Below are positions 1 through 11,042 of a stretch of DNA of 64,000 nt, piece after piece; position 1 is the stretch's first letter; every line of letters starts with the position of its first letter. Made by a program: the position numbers and the translations under genes. Below the pieces are notes generated by a model, which worked only from the letters and a program-made list of their open reading frames with translations, was not told the DNA's origin and did not search any database. The DNA lies in NCBI GenBank assembly GCA_004764695.1, contig SMSO01000037.1, forward strand, positions 3,200,747 to 3,264,746. Reading direction: 5' to 3'. This DNA is from Schizochytrium sp. TIO01 (Eukaryota > Protista > Bigyra: Labyrinthulomycetes).

Positions 1-270
1 GTGGTGCATTCTCTGGGCGACAGCCTGGCGAAGGGGGGACGTGGTCGCAAGCGTAAGACCATCATCACTGACGCCGAGGCCCGACATGCCTTGCGTCGTG
101 TGGAGGGCATTGACACTTACAAGAACCTGAGTGACAAGGCGAAGGACAAGTTTGAGATGAACATGGGGCGCTACGCCGAGATGAATGGGATGGTGAACAA
201 GATTGCCACGACGATGGATAAGCGCCAGTGGAACGACTACCACTATGGCCCGAGGCCCAAGAAGATTTAG
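1..270 (+). CDS. 3' end of a CDS truncated by the window edge; product unknown
   Basis: Open frame from base 1 to TAG at 268-270 with strongly G/C-ending codons (AAG, GAC, GCC); AATAAA at 301-306. No recognisable domain. Confidence 0.5.
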   Translation: MVHSLGDSLAKGGRGRKRKTIITDAEARHALRRVEGIDTYKNLSDKAKDKFEMNMGRYAEMNGMVNKIATTMDKRQWNDYHYGPRPKKI

Positions 271-2801
271 GGAGGATCTATCTGGTATGGACCTTTCCTC
301 AATAAAACCTGCCGACTGGCTAGCCCAGTCATCGGAACTTCAGCTCCAATGGTAGGCTATACTGCCGAAAGCTTTCCTTTTGGGCCCTCTGGGATAACAA
401 ATTTGTAAGACCAGAGCCGCATGCTGTCACTGTCTACCTATCTTAGCTGGTGGTGGATAGAGCGATTGGTGAAGGCTCAGCGTCCAACCAGATTCTGTGT
501 GCGTGTGACGTAAGAGAACACTGAGATTTACTGCTAAGACTTAAAAAAAAAGAAGAAAAAAAAAGTAAGAATGAAAGAAAGAAATGAAAACTAATATAAA
601 GCTATTAGGTAGTATTTCGTCTCACTGGTCACCAGAAGCTAACCCTAGCATATGTGTGGTGCTTGTCAGGTCAGATAGAAAGAGTTGAAAAACAGTGATG
701 GTGGGGGAGTGTACCAAAAAAAATCTGTTGGCACGCAACTCAGTCCGCAGACCATCCATCGATGACGGTTATCATCATCTTCTGATATTAAAAAAGAATT
801 TTTCAAAATCAGCTTATCTTACAATTAATTCTGAGACAAATCATCATTCAGAAGTTGTAGAAACCAACAGCCAGCAAAAGGTCTTAGAAGCAGCGGATAT
901 ACCAAGTTTTCAGGCAAATGTTACCACAGGTGCTGTTAACATATATATGAGTTTTTCAAAGCTACTTACAGAAGTTTTGAGGCAATAAGACATGGTGCTG
1001 CGTTCTTTGGCGGCTCAGACTCTGATCCTATATGCCAGCTCTACTTAAGAAAACCTGATAGTATTCTTGACCTGCGATATACATCTGCACTCCATATGCC
1101 ATAGGGTTGTTCTAGCTACTTTATACGGGTTTTCAATAGAACATGATAATGCAACAATGACTATGAACTAATCACCAACATATAGCTTGAACATAAAAAG
1201 TTTGTACCTTCTTTTTGACGAAGAGGTATGGTGTGGTAGGTCACTAAGCATGCAAGACCTGATGTGTGCCGGTAAATGTTCCGCATGACTACTGCTACTG
1301 GAGATTCGTCATTGATTGCAAAAGAAACATTAACGCGCCCGATTCTGTGGGATATATACGGACATACGGAAACAAATCAAGCACGAAAATATTGCTTCGA
1401 ATTGAAAAGATATTGAAGAATTGTGACAATATGTTATTAAATGTCTCCAAAGACTTGATATGTCCTAAGAATTTATGTAGAAAGTATAGACGCCAATACA
1501 CTAAGAACCATATTCAGTATAACCATAGTTGGGTCCGTTAATTGTCACCCACACATTGAAGCGTGAACTTCTAAAGCTACGGTTGTGTCACTCAAACTCT
1601 TTTCGGTTAAACGTGTTGTTTAATTGAACCAAATAGCTGAAGATATTATAGAATGATGCAAATTGTATGCAGATATAATTTCCAGTAATTAAATTGAACG
1701 ATAGTATGCACTGGTACCCTCCAAACTTCATCGATGGCAGTATTGCCTTACATCAAATCTATTTGGTCATTCTAAGCTAGGCTTTCAGCGTTACTAATTT
1801 ATGAGCTATATAGCTAAGAGTATATAAAATCCTAGCCACAAACCATTTCACTCTGTCTGCGCGAAGGTCTAGCCAGAGAGATCTTATATACTTACGGGAA
1901 TCTAGCCTGAAACCGTGGCTTTGTTCCCATCCTGTTCTTTCCCGACTAAATTGCATAAACTCTGACATAAACGATTTTGATCCGTATAGCTGTTTCGACC
2001 TTCGTAGACGTTCGGCGACAACGTGAGGGACCAGACTGCAGGTACGATCGCTATCATTACCCTATAATCAACTACAACAAGAAGTGATCTATTCACTCTA
2101 CAAACGCCGTATCATAACCGCAGAATGCTAGGTAACCACAAATGCGGCGTGCTTTCCCATGCAACCAACCTCATTAAGTTAACCAGAAGCAAGATCTCGC
2201 ATAAGTGCAAGCCCCGCCTTTTGTGGGTAGAACCTAGCTTCTCAGGTCGCGTGGCAGCACGTGCTCTGCCTGAGCTGTTAGAAACCTCATAGAAAAACCT
2301 ACTACCCAGAGTTGATATGATTGATCTTGCTGGTTGCCGCTGCCTCTGCCACCGTTCGATGATTGTTTCATACGCGTTAAAATATGGATAGCTCTGCGTC
2401 TCCTGAGACCTGAGAGCACTCCGAGTCAGCTTGACGCCCAGTTGTGGAAAGGTTCAGAGAGGTCTCCCCTAATATCTCGACTCATAAATGAGGATTCCTG
2501 TACGAAGTTAAATACTAAGACTCTGTTAAGCACAATAGGAGCCGGGACTAGCAAAACTAGCAGAACAACAAAGTCCAAGAGTAAGTCTTATTAGGAATTG
2601 GTAGGGTCCTCTAATCATGGATTGTGAGTTGAGAATAGTCACTTGTTGAGGCATCAATCTTGCTTCGCAGCAAAGCTCATCAACTCCGACCTAGCAAGCC
2701 GGCTTGTGGAGCGAAACCTGCAATACTTGAGGTTTCCTGGCTGAACTCGCTGGTTCTCACGCGTTTATTCTGGGGTCGTGCTGTAAAGAGCTAGATCAGA
2801 G

Positions 2802-4568
2802 ATGGCGTCGTGGCTGGACATCGAGGCGACAACCTCATGGGCAATGGTCGAAGTTGGCAGGAAACTGGAGAGTTTACAAGATGCCACAATGCTGCGAATT
2901 CTTGAAGACAGCGATGAAGACGCTAGTGTGAACCCTTTCCTGGTCATCGTACAGGTGGTAGTTTTTATTTACTGCTTCATGGGTCTTGCAGTTGTCTGTG
3001 ATGATTACCTAGTCCCAAGCCTCGAAGTATTGTGTATTAGATGGAATGTGCGCGAAGATGTTGCAGGTGCTTCTTTTATGGCATTCGGCAGTGCGGCTCC
3101 TGAAATTATTGTCAATGCAATCAGTACACTGAAGGCAGCAAACGCTAGCCCAGATTCTATTAACCTTGGAATTGGCGCAATCCTAGGTAGTTCAGTGATT
3201 GCCTTCTCTGTGATACCAGGCTGCTGTGCATTATTTTCAGGTCCATTTATTGAAGTCCTCGAGCTAAAACGTCGCCCCCTTCTTCGTGACATTGTGGTTT
3301 ACACTGCAGCTCTTGCTATGCTCATTTCTTCATTTCGCGATGGGCAAATCACGCTTATGGAGAGCTCGGCCTTTCTGATCATGTACTTTATTTATGGATT
3401 AATCGTTTTCTTTTCACCAATGGTGCGACAATACTACCTTGAACGTTTCTCCTCGCAGCCGCTGGAGCGCACCGAGTCATTTGTGCTTCGTAATGAGGAA
3501 GCACGTATTGAACAACGTCGTCGCCGAAGGTCTGAGCGTGGTAAGCCTGGTCATCAGAATGATTCATCTGCAAGTCTTGCAACTGAAGCCACTAACTCTT
3601 CTTCTGGAATCTCTTTGACAGATTTTTCGCACGAAACATCTACCTTTACAGAGCTCAATGATAATGGTGATGAAGATGACGTTGAGCGTAACCTCAACAG
3701 CCGGCAAGATCAGCAACAGCAAGCTCCCAGCATTTCTCGCAGTGCGGCTTCTGCTAACGTAGCTTCTGAAGAGCTCGCGCTCATGGATGATGAAGAAAAC
3801 ATGGCGGGCTCTCTCAGCACATCGATTGTTCAAGCTGCTCACCATCCAGATAGCGAGACAATCCGTCATGAAAGAGGTGAACTTGACTCGGCATATGACG
3901 CTGATGCTGGTGATCATCTGAGCCTTGCTAGCAATGAATCAAATCTGTTTGAGGAACTTGGCCCGTATGGTCGTATGTTCATGACTGGACTTGGTTATGC
4001 TACATATCCTATTCGCCTAGTACTATGCTACACGTGCCCAACCTGCGAGCGTGGAACTGATGATGAGAAACGCTACCCTTTGTCCTTCTTTGTTTCGTTC
4101 CTTTGGGTATCGCTGTTTAGTCTTATCCTAAGTACTATTGTAGAAGACTGGGGTGCAATGACAAGTATCCCCCTTTCCTTCTTTGGCTTCTTTCTCATTT
4201 CTATCGGTGCGGAAATCCCAGATACTGTTCAATCAGTGACTGTGGCACGTCGGGGGTATGGTTCCATGGCTGTTAGCAATGCCTTTGGATCGCAGATCTG
4301 TAACATTTGCTTTGGTTTGGGTCTCCCTTACACAGTGACCCTGCTAAGTGGTAGTGAGATTAAAATTACAGATGCTGCTCATCTCCGGGTCGCGGGTCTT
4401 CTACAAGTTGCGAACATCTGTCTCTTGACAGCTCTTCTCTTTGCTCCTGTAGTTGCCTATCGTCAGCACAAGGCAATGCTGACAAAGAAGAAGGGTGCTG
4501 TTATGCTTGGTATGTATTGTATTGTTTTGCTGGCTTATGGTCTCCGCGTTGTCAATATGGATAAGTAA
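2802..4568 (+). CDS. Ca2+/cation antiporter (CaCA), K+-dependent Na+/Ca2+ exchanger (NCKX/SLC24)-like
   Basis: 588-aa ORF with two TM clusters split by an acidic/Ser-rich loop; alpha-1 motif VAGASFMAFGSAAPE and alpha-2 motif GAEIPD...MAVSNAFGSQICNI. Confidence 0.92.
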   Translation: MASWLDIEATTSWAMVEVGRKLESLQDATMLRILEDSDEDASVNPFLVIVQVVVFIYCFMGLAVVCDDYLVPSLEVLCIRWNVREDVAGASFMAFGSAAPEIIVNAISTLKAANASPDSINLGIGAILGSSVIAFSVIPGCCALFSGPFIEVLELKRRPLLRDIVVYTAALAMLISSFRDGQITLMESSAFLIMYFIYGLIVFFSPMVRQYYLERFSSQPLERTESFVLRNEEARIEQRRRRRSERGKPGHQNDSSASLATEATNSSSGISLTDFSHETSTFTELNDNGDEDDVERNLNSRQDQQQQAPSISRSAASANVASEELALMDDEENMAGSLSTSIVQAAHHPDSETIRHERGELDSAYDADAGDHLSLASNESNLFEELGPYGRMFMTGLGYATYPIRLVLCYTCPTCERGTDDEKRYPLSFFVSFLWVSLFSLILSTIVEDWGAMTSIPLSFFGFFLISIGAEIPDTVQSVTVARRGYGSMAVSNAFGSQICNICFGLGLPYTVTLLSGSEIKITDAAHLRVAGLLQVANICLLTALLFAPVVAYRQHKAMLTKKKGAVMLGMYCIVLLAYGLRVVNMDK

Positions 4569-5548
4569 TTCATGTCCACAAGACCATATTAGATAATGCA
4601 TTCGCGAGTCACTTAATTAGCTAGCAGTACTTCAAATTTCTGCCATACTATAGTGTACTCACTGTGCTTCACTTTACAAGTTAAAATGCACTCTACAATC
4701 CGCTAGCGCCCACATTATTTGTGACTTCGCTCCTCAACAAGGGAATCGGTTCATTTTCCGCCGGTTCATCAGACAGAGCAAACAATTGAAGGCCTTTTCC
4801 AATTTGTAAAACATTTAGAGATCATAAATAAGAATCAATGAACTGACTGTCACTTCCGCGTTATAAAGGAATTGAAAATGTAGAATGAAAAAACAGTATC
4901 TAAAAGTACATCTATTTTGTGGAATTTTACCACTCTATAGAGGCATATATTTTCTTACCCTTCAATATTTGTGAAACATTATAACTAAGATACAACTCGC
5001 TTATTCTTTCTATGAAAGAACTTCTGCTCAAAAGAGCAGGCGGCAGCATCGTTTTCCATCTGCCCCTGATTTTAAAAGCCAAGTTTTTCTCGCTCAGGAT
5101 GAGCCACTTTGTCCATTTCAAATTCCGCAACAGAACGATCTTACTCTTTGAACCCATCTTCAGGATGCTTTATTCCAACGCCTAGAGCCCATAGTAATGG
5201 TTCTAACCCTAGAGACACGGTGTCTAGTTTCCCCACTTCCACCCACTATTCGTGTCAGGCCCTGACTGTTGCGATCAACCCAACTTCAAGTGAGAATAGA
5301 CCAGGTAGATCCTGACTGAGGGAATTAAAGGAGTTGAAACAAGAAAATTATAAACGAAGGCTTCAGACAAATAGTGTTGTCTCTGAAGCCAATAAGAAAG
5401 CACACAGTTTTTCTTATTGCAAGTTATTTATGCATAAGCCATAACTCATCTTCAATTTTGTAGGATGAAGCTTACTAGGAGGAAATGAGTGATCAAGAAA
5501 TCAAGAAAGAATCAAAAAACATATCAAGCGTCGACGCGTTTAGCACAT

Positions 5549-6736
5549 TTACTTTTCCGGGATCTCGAGCTCACCAGCGTCGATCTTTGCCATGATATCG
5601 GTAGGGTGCTCACCGTTGACGGTGCAGCCAACGGAGTGGGCAGTGCCAAGAATCTCCTTGCAGGTTCCGGCGAGGGTGCGGGCCATGGAGCGGGGGCGCA
5701 TCACACGTGCAATTTCAATAATCTCGTCGAGGTCCATGTTGCCGTCGTGCTTGACGTTCTTGGGGCCGGCCTTGCGGTCGCGTGCGGGCTCCTTGAGGGC
5801 CTTGATGACCATGGAGGAGGCACTGGGGACAAGCTCAACCTTAGCCTGACGGTTCTGGATGACGAGCTTGACAGTGACCTTGAGTCCCTTCCAGTCGAGG
5901 GTGGCAGCCTTAATGTCCTCACCAACCTTCTTGGGGGAGAGACCAAGGGGACCAACCTTGGGGGCAAGAGCGGAAGCGGCACCGATCTCACCACCGATGG
6001 CACGCATGGTCACAATCTTAATGTCATCCTGTTTACTCAGCAATAAGACGATCATTGATCATAATGTAGCCCAAATGTCCACATGAGTGTTAAAACCACA
6101 CCATCACGAGCAGCGAAGAGTCGTCCAATCCGGAAGCCAGTCATAATCAAGACGCATTTCAATTTGCACGCATTAATAAGCAAGAATTATCATGTATTCA
6201 AAGTCAGTCTCACAGTTCGCTGTAGTCATATTCCCACATACTCAGTATTGCCCTTCAACATCTCTACTTTTGGACGCGACACGCCTTAGACATGCAGACA
6301 TTGACGATGGTACGTATGCAGCACATACCATCTCAAGAATTAATACATTCATGAAAGTTATTGAAGATGAAGTGTCTTCGCAAATTCGCTCATGGTCACT
6401 GTAGTACCCAATGAAAGGCCACCAGACCATCGCACCTCGTTTGAGCGAGTAGAAGACGGGCAGCTGTCAGCTCAATCTTGGGCATCGCTCCATAATTCGC
6501 TTCAGCATACTCTTTACAAACTCCTTCTGAATTAATTCCACTGCGTCCACATCGTCTACAGCCTCCACGAAACAGTGGCAGCCAGCCAAGTCGTCGAGGT
6601 GCCATGTCCAGCATCCAGCATCATGCCGCCATCAGCAACCCGTTGTCCACAGGATCAATCCAGGCCGCGTCCACGAAGAGAGATGTCAAGCGTCGCATCC
6701 GCTGCGTCCGCCACTTACCGCAGGGGGAGGGCCCAT
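5549..6736 (-). CDS. RPL12: 60S ribosomal protein L12 (uL11); exons 6736-6719 and 6028-5549
   Basis: [28 protein letters not shown]...[14 protein letters not shown]...[10 protein letters not shown]. Micro-exon ATG GGC CCT CCC CCT GCG then GTAAGT; acceptor CAG at 6031-6029 joins in phase 0 (MGPPPA|DDIKIV); intron 6718-6029. Confidence 0.96.
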
Positions 6737-7021
6737 CGTGTCAAGAAGCTTGAGCTACTTCGCGCAAGTCTCTAAACTCAAGAAGGAAAGAAAGGACTTC
6801 TGCCGCCTGCTCTGTCGCTCTCTCTCCTCGCCTGCCCTTCTTCTTCCCACATACCCCCCTCTATACCCTTCTCTCTCATTATACGCCCCAGCATACCCCC
6901 GCTTAGAGGGGTATTCCAAACACACAGCAGGCGCCGCTTCGCCACCCATTCAATCCTCATTACACGCCGCATCGCTCTTGCCACCGAAACTACGGCGCTC
7001 TGTGCCGCCGAAGTGTGTGCG

Positions 7022-7031
7022 CCCTAACCCT
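7022..7031. promoter_or_regulatory. Telobox-like motif CCCTAACCCT upstream of RPL12
   Basis: 10 nt of TTAGGG-type repeat about 290 bp upstream of the RPL12 ATG; function inferred only. Confidence 0.3.
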
Positions 7032-7939
7032 GTGATATTTTTGCGGTTCTGCACAGTACCACTATATGGAATAGCTTTGGCTATGAGGTCGCGTGGGAAT
7101 GGCACGGGAAGGAGCCCAGAGGTCATGACAAGTCGGCTGGAATTCATGGCAAATGGGCAATGAGAAACATAAAGTAGAAGTGAAGGGGATAGAAAGCGAA
7201 GTTTAGCTTCGATAGGGAATGGGAATAGAAGCAATATTTGATACAGGACCCAGGCATTCAGTCGTCTGCATATAACCCAGCGGAAAACCTTGGAGTTGCT
7301 TGAAGTTGCAGAAATTGTAGGCACTAAGGTAGAGCAAAAGGAAAAGACGGCTTGCTGTGCGAGTGAGAGTGGTGACTTCGTTGATTGAGAATTTGAGAAT
7401 GAAGTGGAGATTTTTAGAGGCAAACTATGAGTCCACACCATGGCAGCATGGTAGGATGTTGCCTTGTGATGGCAGAAGAGAAATTGCATTTAACCATCTT
7501 TGTACGAGCCAGGACTTTGTGTAGGTGACACCATTTATGAGTATTCTTTCTTCTGTTGGTGTAATCAATTTCTCCACATACCTCATGCAGAGCAGAGCAG
7601 ACATGTATGTATGTACCTACTCAGTTTGTTGGCAGATGTTCCTTGGTACGTCTCAAAAAATCATCGCAGAGGACTACACAATATTTTCTTGTTCCACTAC
7701 ATAGACCTTCGCAAGAGCTGCCAAGCTCTTCACTCACTGACCAGAATGGAGAACTCGCCTTCGTGAGAACCTGGAGTTGCCTACCTTCCTTCTCTATGCT
7801 CGAAAACAAACCAGGATGACAATATCCCTGTTGGCACTTCTTTCCAATCGACTCAGACTTCAAAGTGCACGTAAGTCACATGAAATGCGATCAATGCCTT
7901 AAAGGACAATATTCCCTTTTGGCGATGAACTCCAACAAC

Positions 7940-8300
7940 TCAGTGTGCAAAGAACCAAGCACCAGCTGAGAAGCAGCTCCACCGCCTCCTTGCCAACGCT
8001 CTTGAGCTTGCTTGTAAACCCGCAGGCACCAATGAAAGGCGCTGCAAAGACTCGTAGCACCTGCAAGCAACTGAGAAGGATGAGGAAGGAGGGCTCCATC
8101 TTCTACCCATACTTGTAAACTTGTAAACCCAGCTCATGCACAGTTTGCTTCGCTGGCATCGGCGCCAGGCCGACCACCAAGGCCTCTTCGGAGTGCAGAT
8201 ACCGCGACCATGAGTGCGCCGGGGCAGTGCTGTGCTCAGCAGTCTGCTGCTCGGCAAGGTCCTTGCAACCCGCAAGCGAGTTCTGCCATGGGTTTGGTTC
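7940..8300 (-). pseudogene. Possible decayed ankyrin-repeat gene fragment
   Basis: GC-richer patch; fragments in different frames read GALMVAV...GADASEAN and APFIGAC...GKEAVELLLSW; stops and frame changes are present. Confidence 0.25.
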
Positions 8301-8640
8301 CGCAAGAGAGAGAGAGATCTTGAAGCATCGTTGATTGATTGATTGATCTTACACGAATTACATTTTACGTGTCTTCCTGTTCGAGTTTCCAGATGCTATC
8401 TCTCAGAAGGCCATGGCCAAAGAGACGATACTCGAGGCGATGATCTTGACTGCATTGAGGATCCTGCCTGATTGCGACGTCGAGCTCAGGCGACTTCTTG
8501 CCTTGCAGCACGCCGACGGAGTGGCATGGAACCCAAGCAAGCCAACCCGAAGTCCTGCGACAGATTTAGATCAACTGATGCAAGAAGATCTCAAGCGACC
8601 CGAACCTCCAATTCGCTGACTACTTCAACAGAGAGAGCTG

Positions 8641-8730
8641 TTTTTCCTTTCTTTTCCTTTCCTTTCCTTTCTTCTTCCTTTCTTTTCCTTTCTTTTCCTT
8701 TCTTTTCCTTTCTTTCCCTTTCTTTTCTTT
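8641..8730. repeat. Polypyrimidine (TTTCC/TTTC)n low-complexity tract
   Basis: About 90 nt made only of T and C. Confidence 0.9.
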
Positions 8731-8925
8731 TGAGCCCGACTTCCTTTGCATTGTCCAAGTTATTCAATCACAACTTTTTCTTTTCTGTGTCATTTGGCAC
8801 ACGAATTCGCTATAGTAGCGGTAGTAGTATCGAGTCAATAAACAAGCACAGCTTTAGAGATGGTTTTAAGCTAAATAGACAATAGGTTTCAAGTTGTTCC
8901 TCCTTCTTTTCTATAATTGAGACTG

Positions 8926-9083
8926 AAGAGAAAAGGAAAAGGAAAAGAAAAAGCTTAGCGAACAGAATTCTGAGGGGGCAGAAAAGAGCAAAGAACAAAG
9001 GAAAGAGAAGGAAAGAGAAAGGGTAAAACTTTGAGACAAAAGGAAAGATCGAAGAGACAAATAAATAAATAAATAAATAAATA
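8926..9083. repeat. Purine-rich (GAAAA-type) tract followed by (AAAT)n microsatellite
   Basis: gaaaaggaaaaggaaaagaaaaag...; (aaat)n at about 9059-9083. Confidence 0.8.
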
Positions 9084-9527
9084 ACATTGGCAGAGTAGTC
9101 GGCGTACGATCTTTCGCGCTCACAATCTTCAAGCACAGGCTTGCTCGCGAGCGCCTTCTCGGAGTCCCTCACAGACAGCAGGAGGCAGCGCCAGCCACCT
9201 TTGGGCTGTGAATGCCACCAACTTAGCGCAGTGGACCGAGAAAGCACGTACCTTCGAAGGTAAACGCGGCTTCGGAAAAGATACAACAAACTGAGAGGCC
9301 CATGAAGGACGAGGTAGCCAGGTAGCAGTTAGTTAGGCGCGAGGTAGCAGTAGTGGGGCGATCTGTGGTTAGACATGTGTACGAGGTACTACGGCGGCGT
9401 AGAAGAGTGCATTTCACAAGAAGACGGAAGACATAGTGAGGAAGAAGCAAATCCGGATTGAGCAGAAGACCACGGCTGAAGACACGTAGATTCGAGCGAG
9501 TGCGTGCGAGTTCAAGGTTAAAGCAAG

Positions 9528-11042
9528 ATGACCGGCATGAAGGGAATTGATGAGGAGATGCTGACGGCATCTGGGGTCCTCAAGAACTTCATTAACGGCG
9601 AGTTCGTGCCGACAATTAGTCTCGCTACACGGGATATTGTCAACCCGTACTCCGAGGAGGTTATTGTCAGGGCCCCTGAAGCCACTCCCGAAGATGTTGA
9701 GGCTGCTGCCTCCGCCGCTCAAGCTGCGCAGAGCTCCTGGGCCAGCCTCACAGGTGCCCAGCGTGCCGAATTTATGCGTGCAATTGCCAAAGAAATCGCA
9801 GAACGCAAGCCGGAGCTGAGTGAGCTCGAGACCATGCAGAACGGTAAGCCCCTCCCGGAAGCCGAATGGGACCTCGATGACTGCTCCACATGCTTCAACT
9901 ACTACGCCAAGCTTGCTGAGGAGCTTGACAACGAGCGTGGATGCAAATCCGTTGATGTCGGTGATGACACTTACGAGTGCACCATTCGCCAGGAAGCCGC
10001 TGGCGTCGCTGGTCTCATCATTGCCTTCAACTACCCTCTGCTCCTCTTCTGCTGGAAGGTGTGCCCTGCCATTGCTGCAGGTTGCACTGTAGTTGTCAAA
10101 CCCAGTGAGTACACACCGCTTACCACGCTGGCATTCTGCCGCATCTTGCAGAAGGTTGGAGTCCCTCCCGGCGTTATTAACATTGTGACTGGCAGTGGAC
10201 CTACTGGTGCTGCCATCGTTGCTTCGCCCAAGATTGATGTCTGCTCTCTGACCGGATCCCCCGGTGCTGGAGCTGCGGCTGGTTCCGTAGCTGCGAGCAA
10301 GCTAAAGAAGATGGGTCTCGAGCTTGGTGGTCACAGTGCTGCGATTGTCCACGCTGATGCTGCGCTTGACAACGCTGCAGAGTGGGTTTGCTTTGGATCC
10401 TGGTGGACCAATGGCCAGATCTGCAGTTCTACTACTCGTGTCCTCATTGAAGAGTCCATCGCAGACGATTTTGTCGAGAAGCTCAAGGCAATCGGCGACA
10501 AGATCAAAATGGGCGACCCTATGGACTCCACAACTCGTCTTGGACCTGTCATTTCCCGCAAGCAGCAGCAGCTTGTGCTTGGTATCATCGAAAAGGCAGT
10601 TGCACAGGGTGCTAAGCGTGTCTACGGTAACCCTCCTGCATCTGATGCCAAGGGCTTCTTTGTTCCGGCCACCATTTTGCGTCTGGACAAGGGTGACAAG
10701 CAGAACATTGCCTGGACCGACGAAATCTTTGGACCGGTTCTTGTTATTCAGACTTTCACGACCGAGGAAGAGTCCATTGAGCTTGCTAACGACTCCAAGT
10801 ATGGTCTCGCTGGGGCCGTCTTCTCTAGCGATGCTGGCAAGCTCGAACGCGCTACCCGTGGATTTAAGTCAGGTATTGTATGGAACAACTGCTCTCAGCC
10901 TTGCTTTTGCCAGCTCCCATGGGGTGGTCGTAAGCTCAGTGGTGTCGGCCGTGATCTTGGAGAATATGGTCTCGCCAACTACCTTGAGTCTAAGCAGGTC
11001 GTGGTCTACAAGTCGAATGATCCTCTGGGTTGGTACTGCTAA
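9528..11042 (+). CDS. ALDH10-family aminoaldehyde/betaine aldehyde dehydrogenase
   Basis: 504 aa; NYPL, KPSE, LELGG (catalytic Glu), NGQICSSTTR (catalytic Cys), EIFGPV and the ALDH10-type C-terminus NCSQPCFCQLPWGG..SG.GRDLGEYGL.NYL..KQV...LGWY. Confidence 0.93.
   Translation: MTGMKGIDEEMLTASGVLKNFINGEFVPTISLATRDIVNPYSEEVIVRAPEATPEDVEAAASAAQAAQSSWASLTGAQRAEFMRAIAKEIAERKPELSELETMQNGKPLPEAEWDLDDCSTCFNYYAKLAEELDNERGCKSVDVGDDTYECTIRQEAAGVAGLIIAFNYPLLLFCWKVCPAIAAGCTVVVKPSEYTPLTTLAFCRILQKVGVPPGVINIVTGSGPTGAAIVASPKIDVCSLTGSPGAGAAAGSVAASKLKKMGLELGGHSAAIVHADAALDNAAEWVCFGSWWTNGQICSSTTRVLIEESIADDFVEKLKAIGDKIKMGDPMDSTTRLGPVISRKQQQLVLGIIEKAVAQGAKRVYGNPPASDAKGFFVPATILRLDKGDKQNIAWTDEIFGPVLVIQTFTTEEESIELANDSKYGLAGAVFSSDAGKLERATRGFKSGIVWNNCSQPCFCQLPWGGRKLSGVGRDLGEYGLANYLESKQVVVYKSNDPLGWYC

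Noticed and set aside
5195-5215. CTAACCCTA as a telomerase RNA template
   Set aside because: The same 9-mer recurs near 640 and no supporting structure or promoter was recognised.
5489-6046. Long antisense or alternate-frame ORFs over RPL12 (also 10324-11214 over ALDH10 and 14860-15588)
   Set aside because: Shadow ORFs produced by the codon bias of the real genes.
6204-6262. Box C/D snoRNA-like layout in the RPL12 intron (minus strand ATGTTGA...CTGA...CTGA)
   Set aside because: Box C lacks the A needed for the K-turn, and I could not identify a convincing rRNA guide target.
8472-9289. Phe/Leu/Ser-rich ORFs that look like membrane proteins
   Set aside because: They are translations of the pyrimidine/purine low-complexity tracts.
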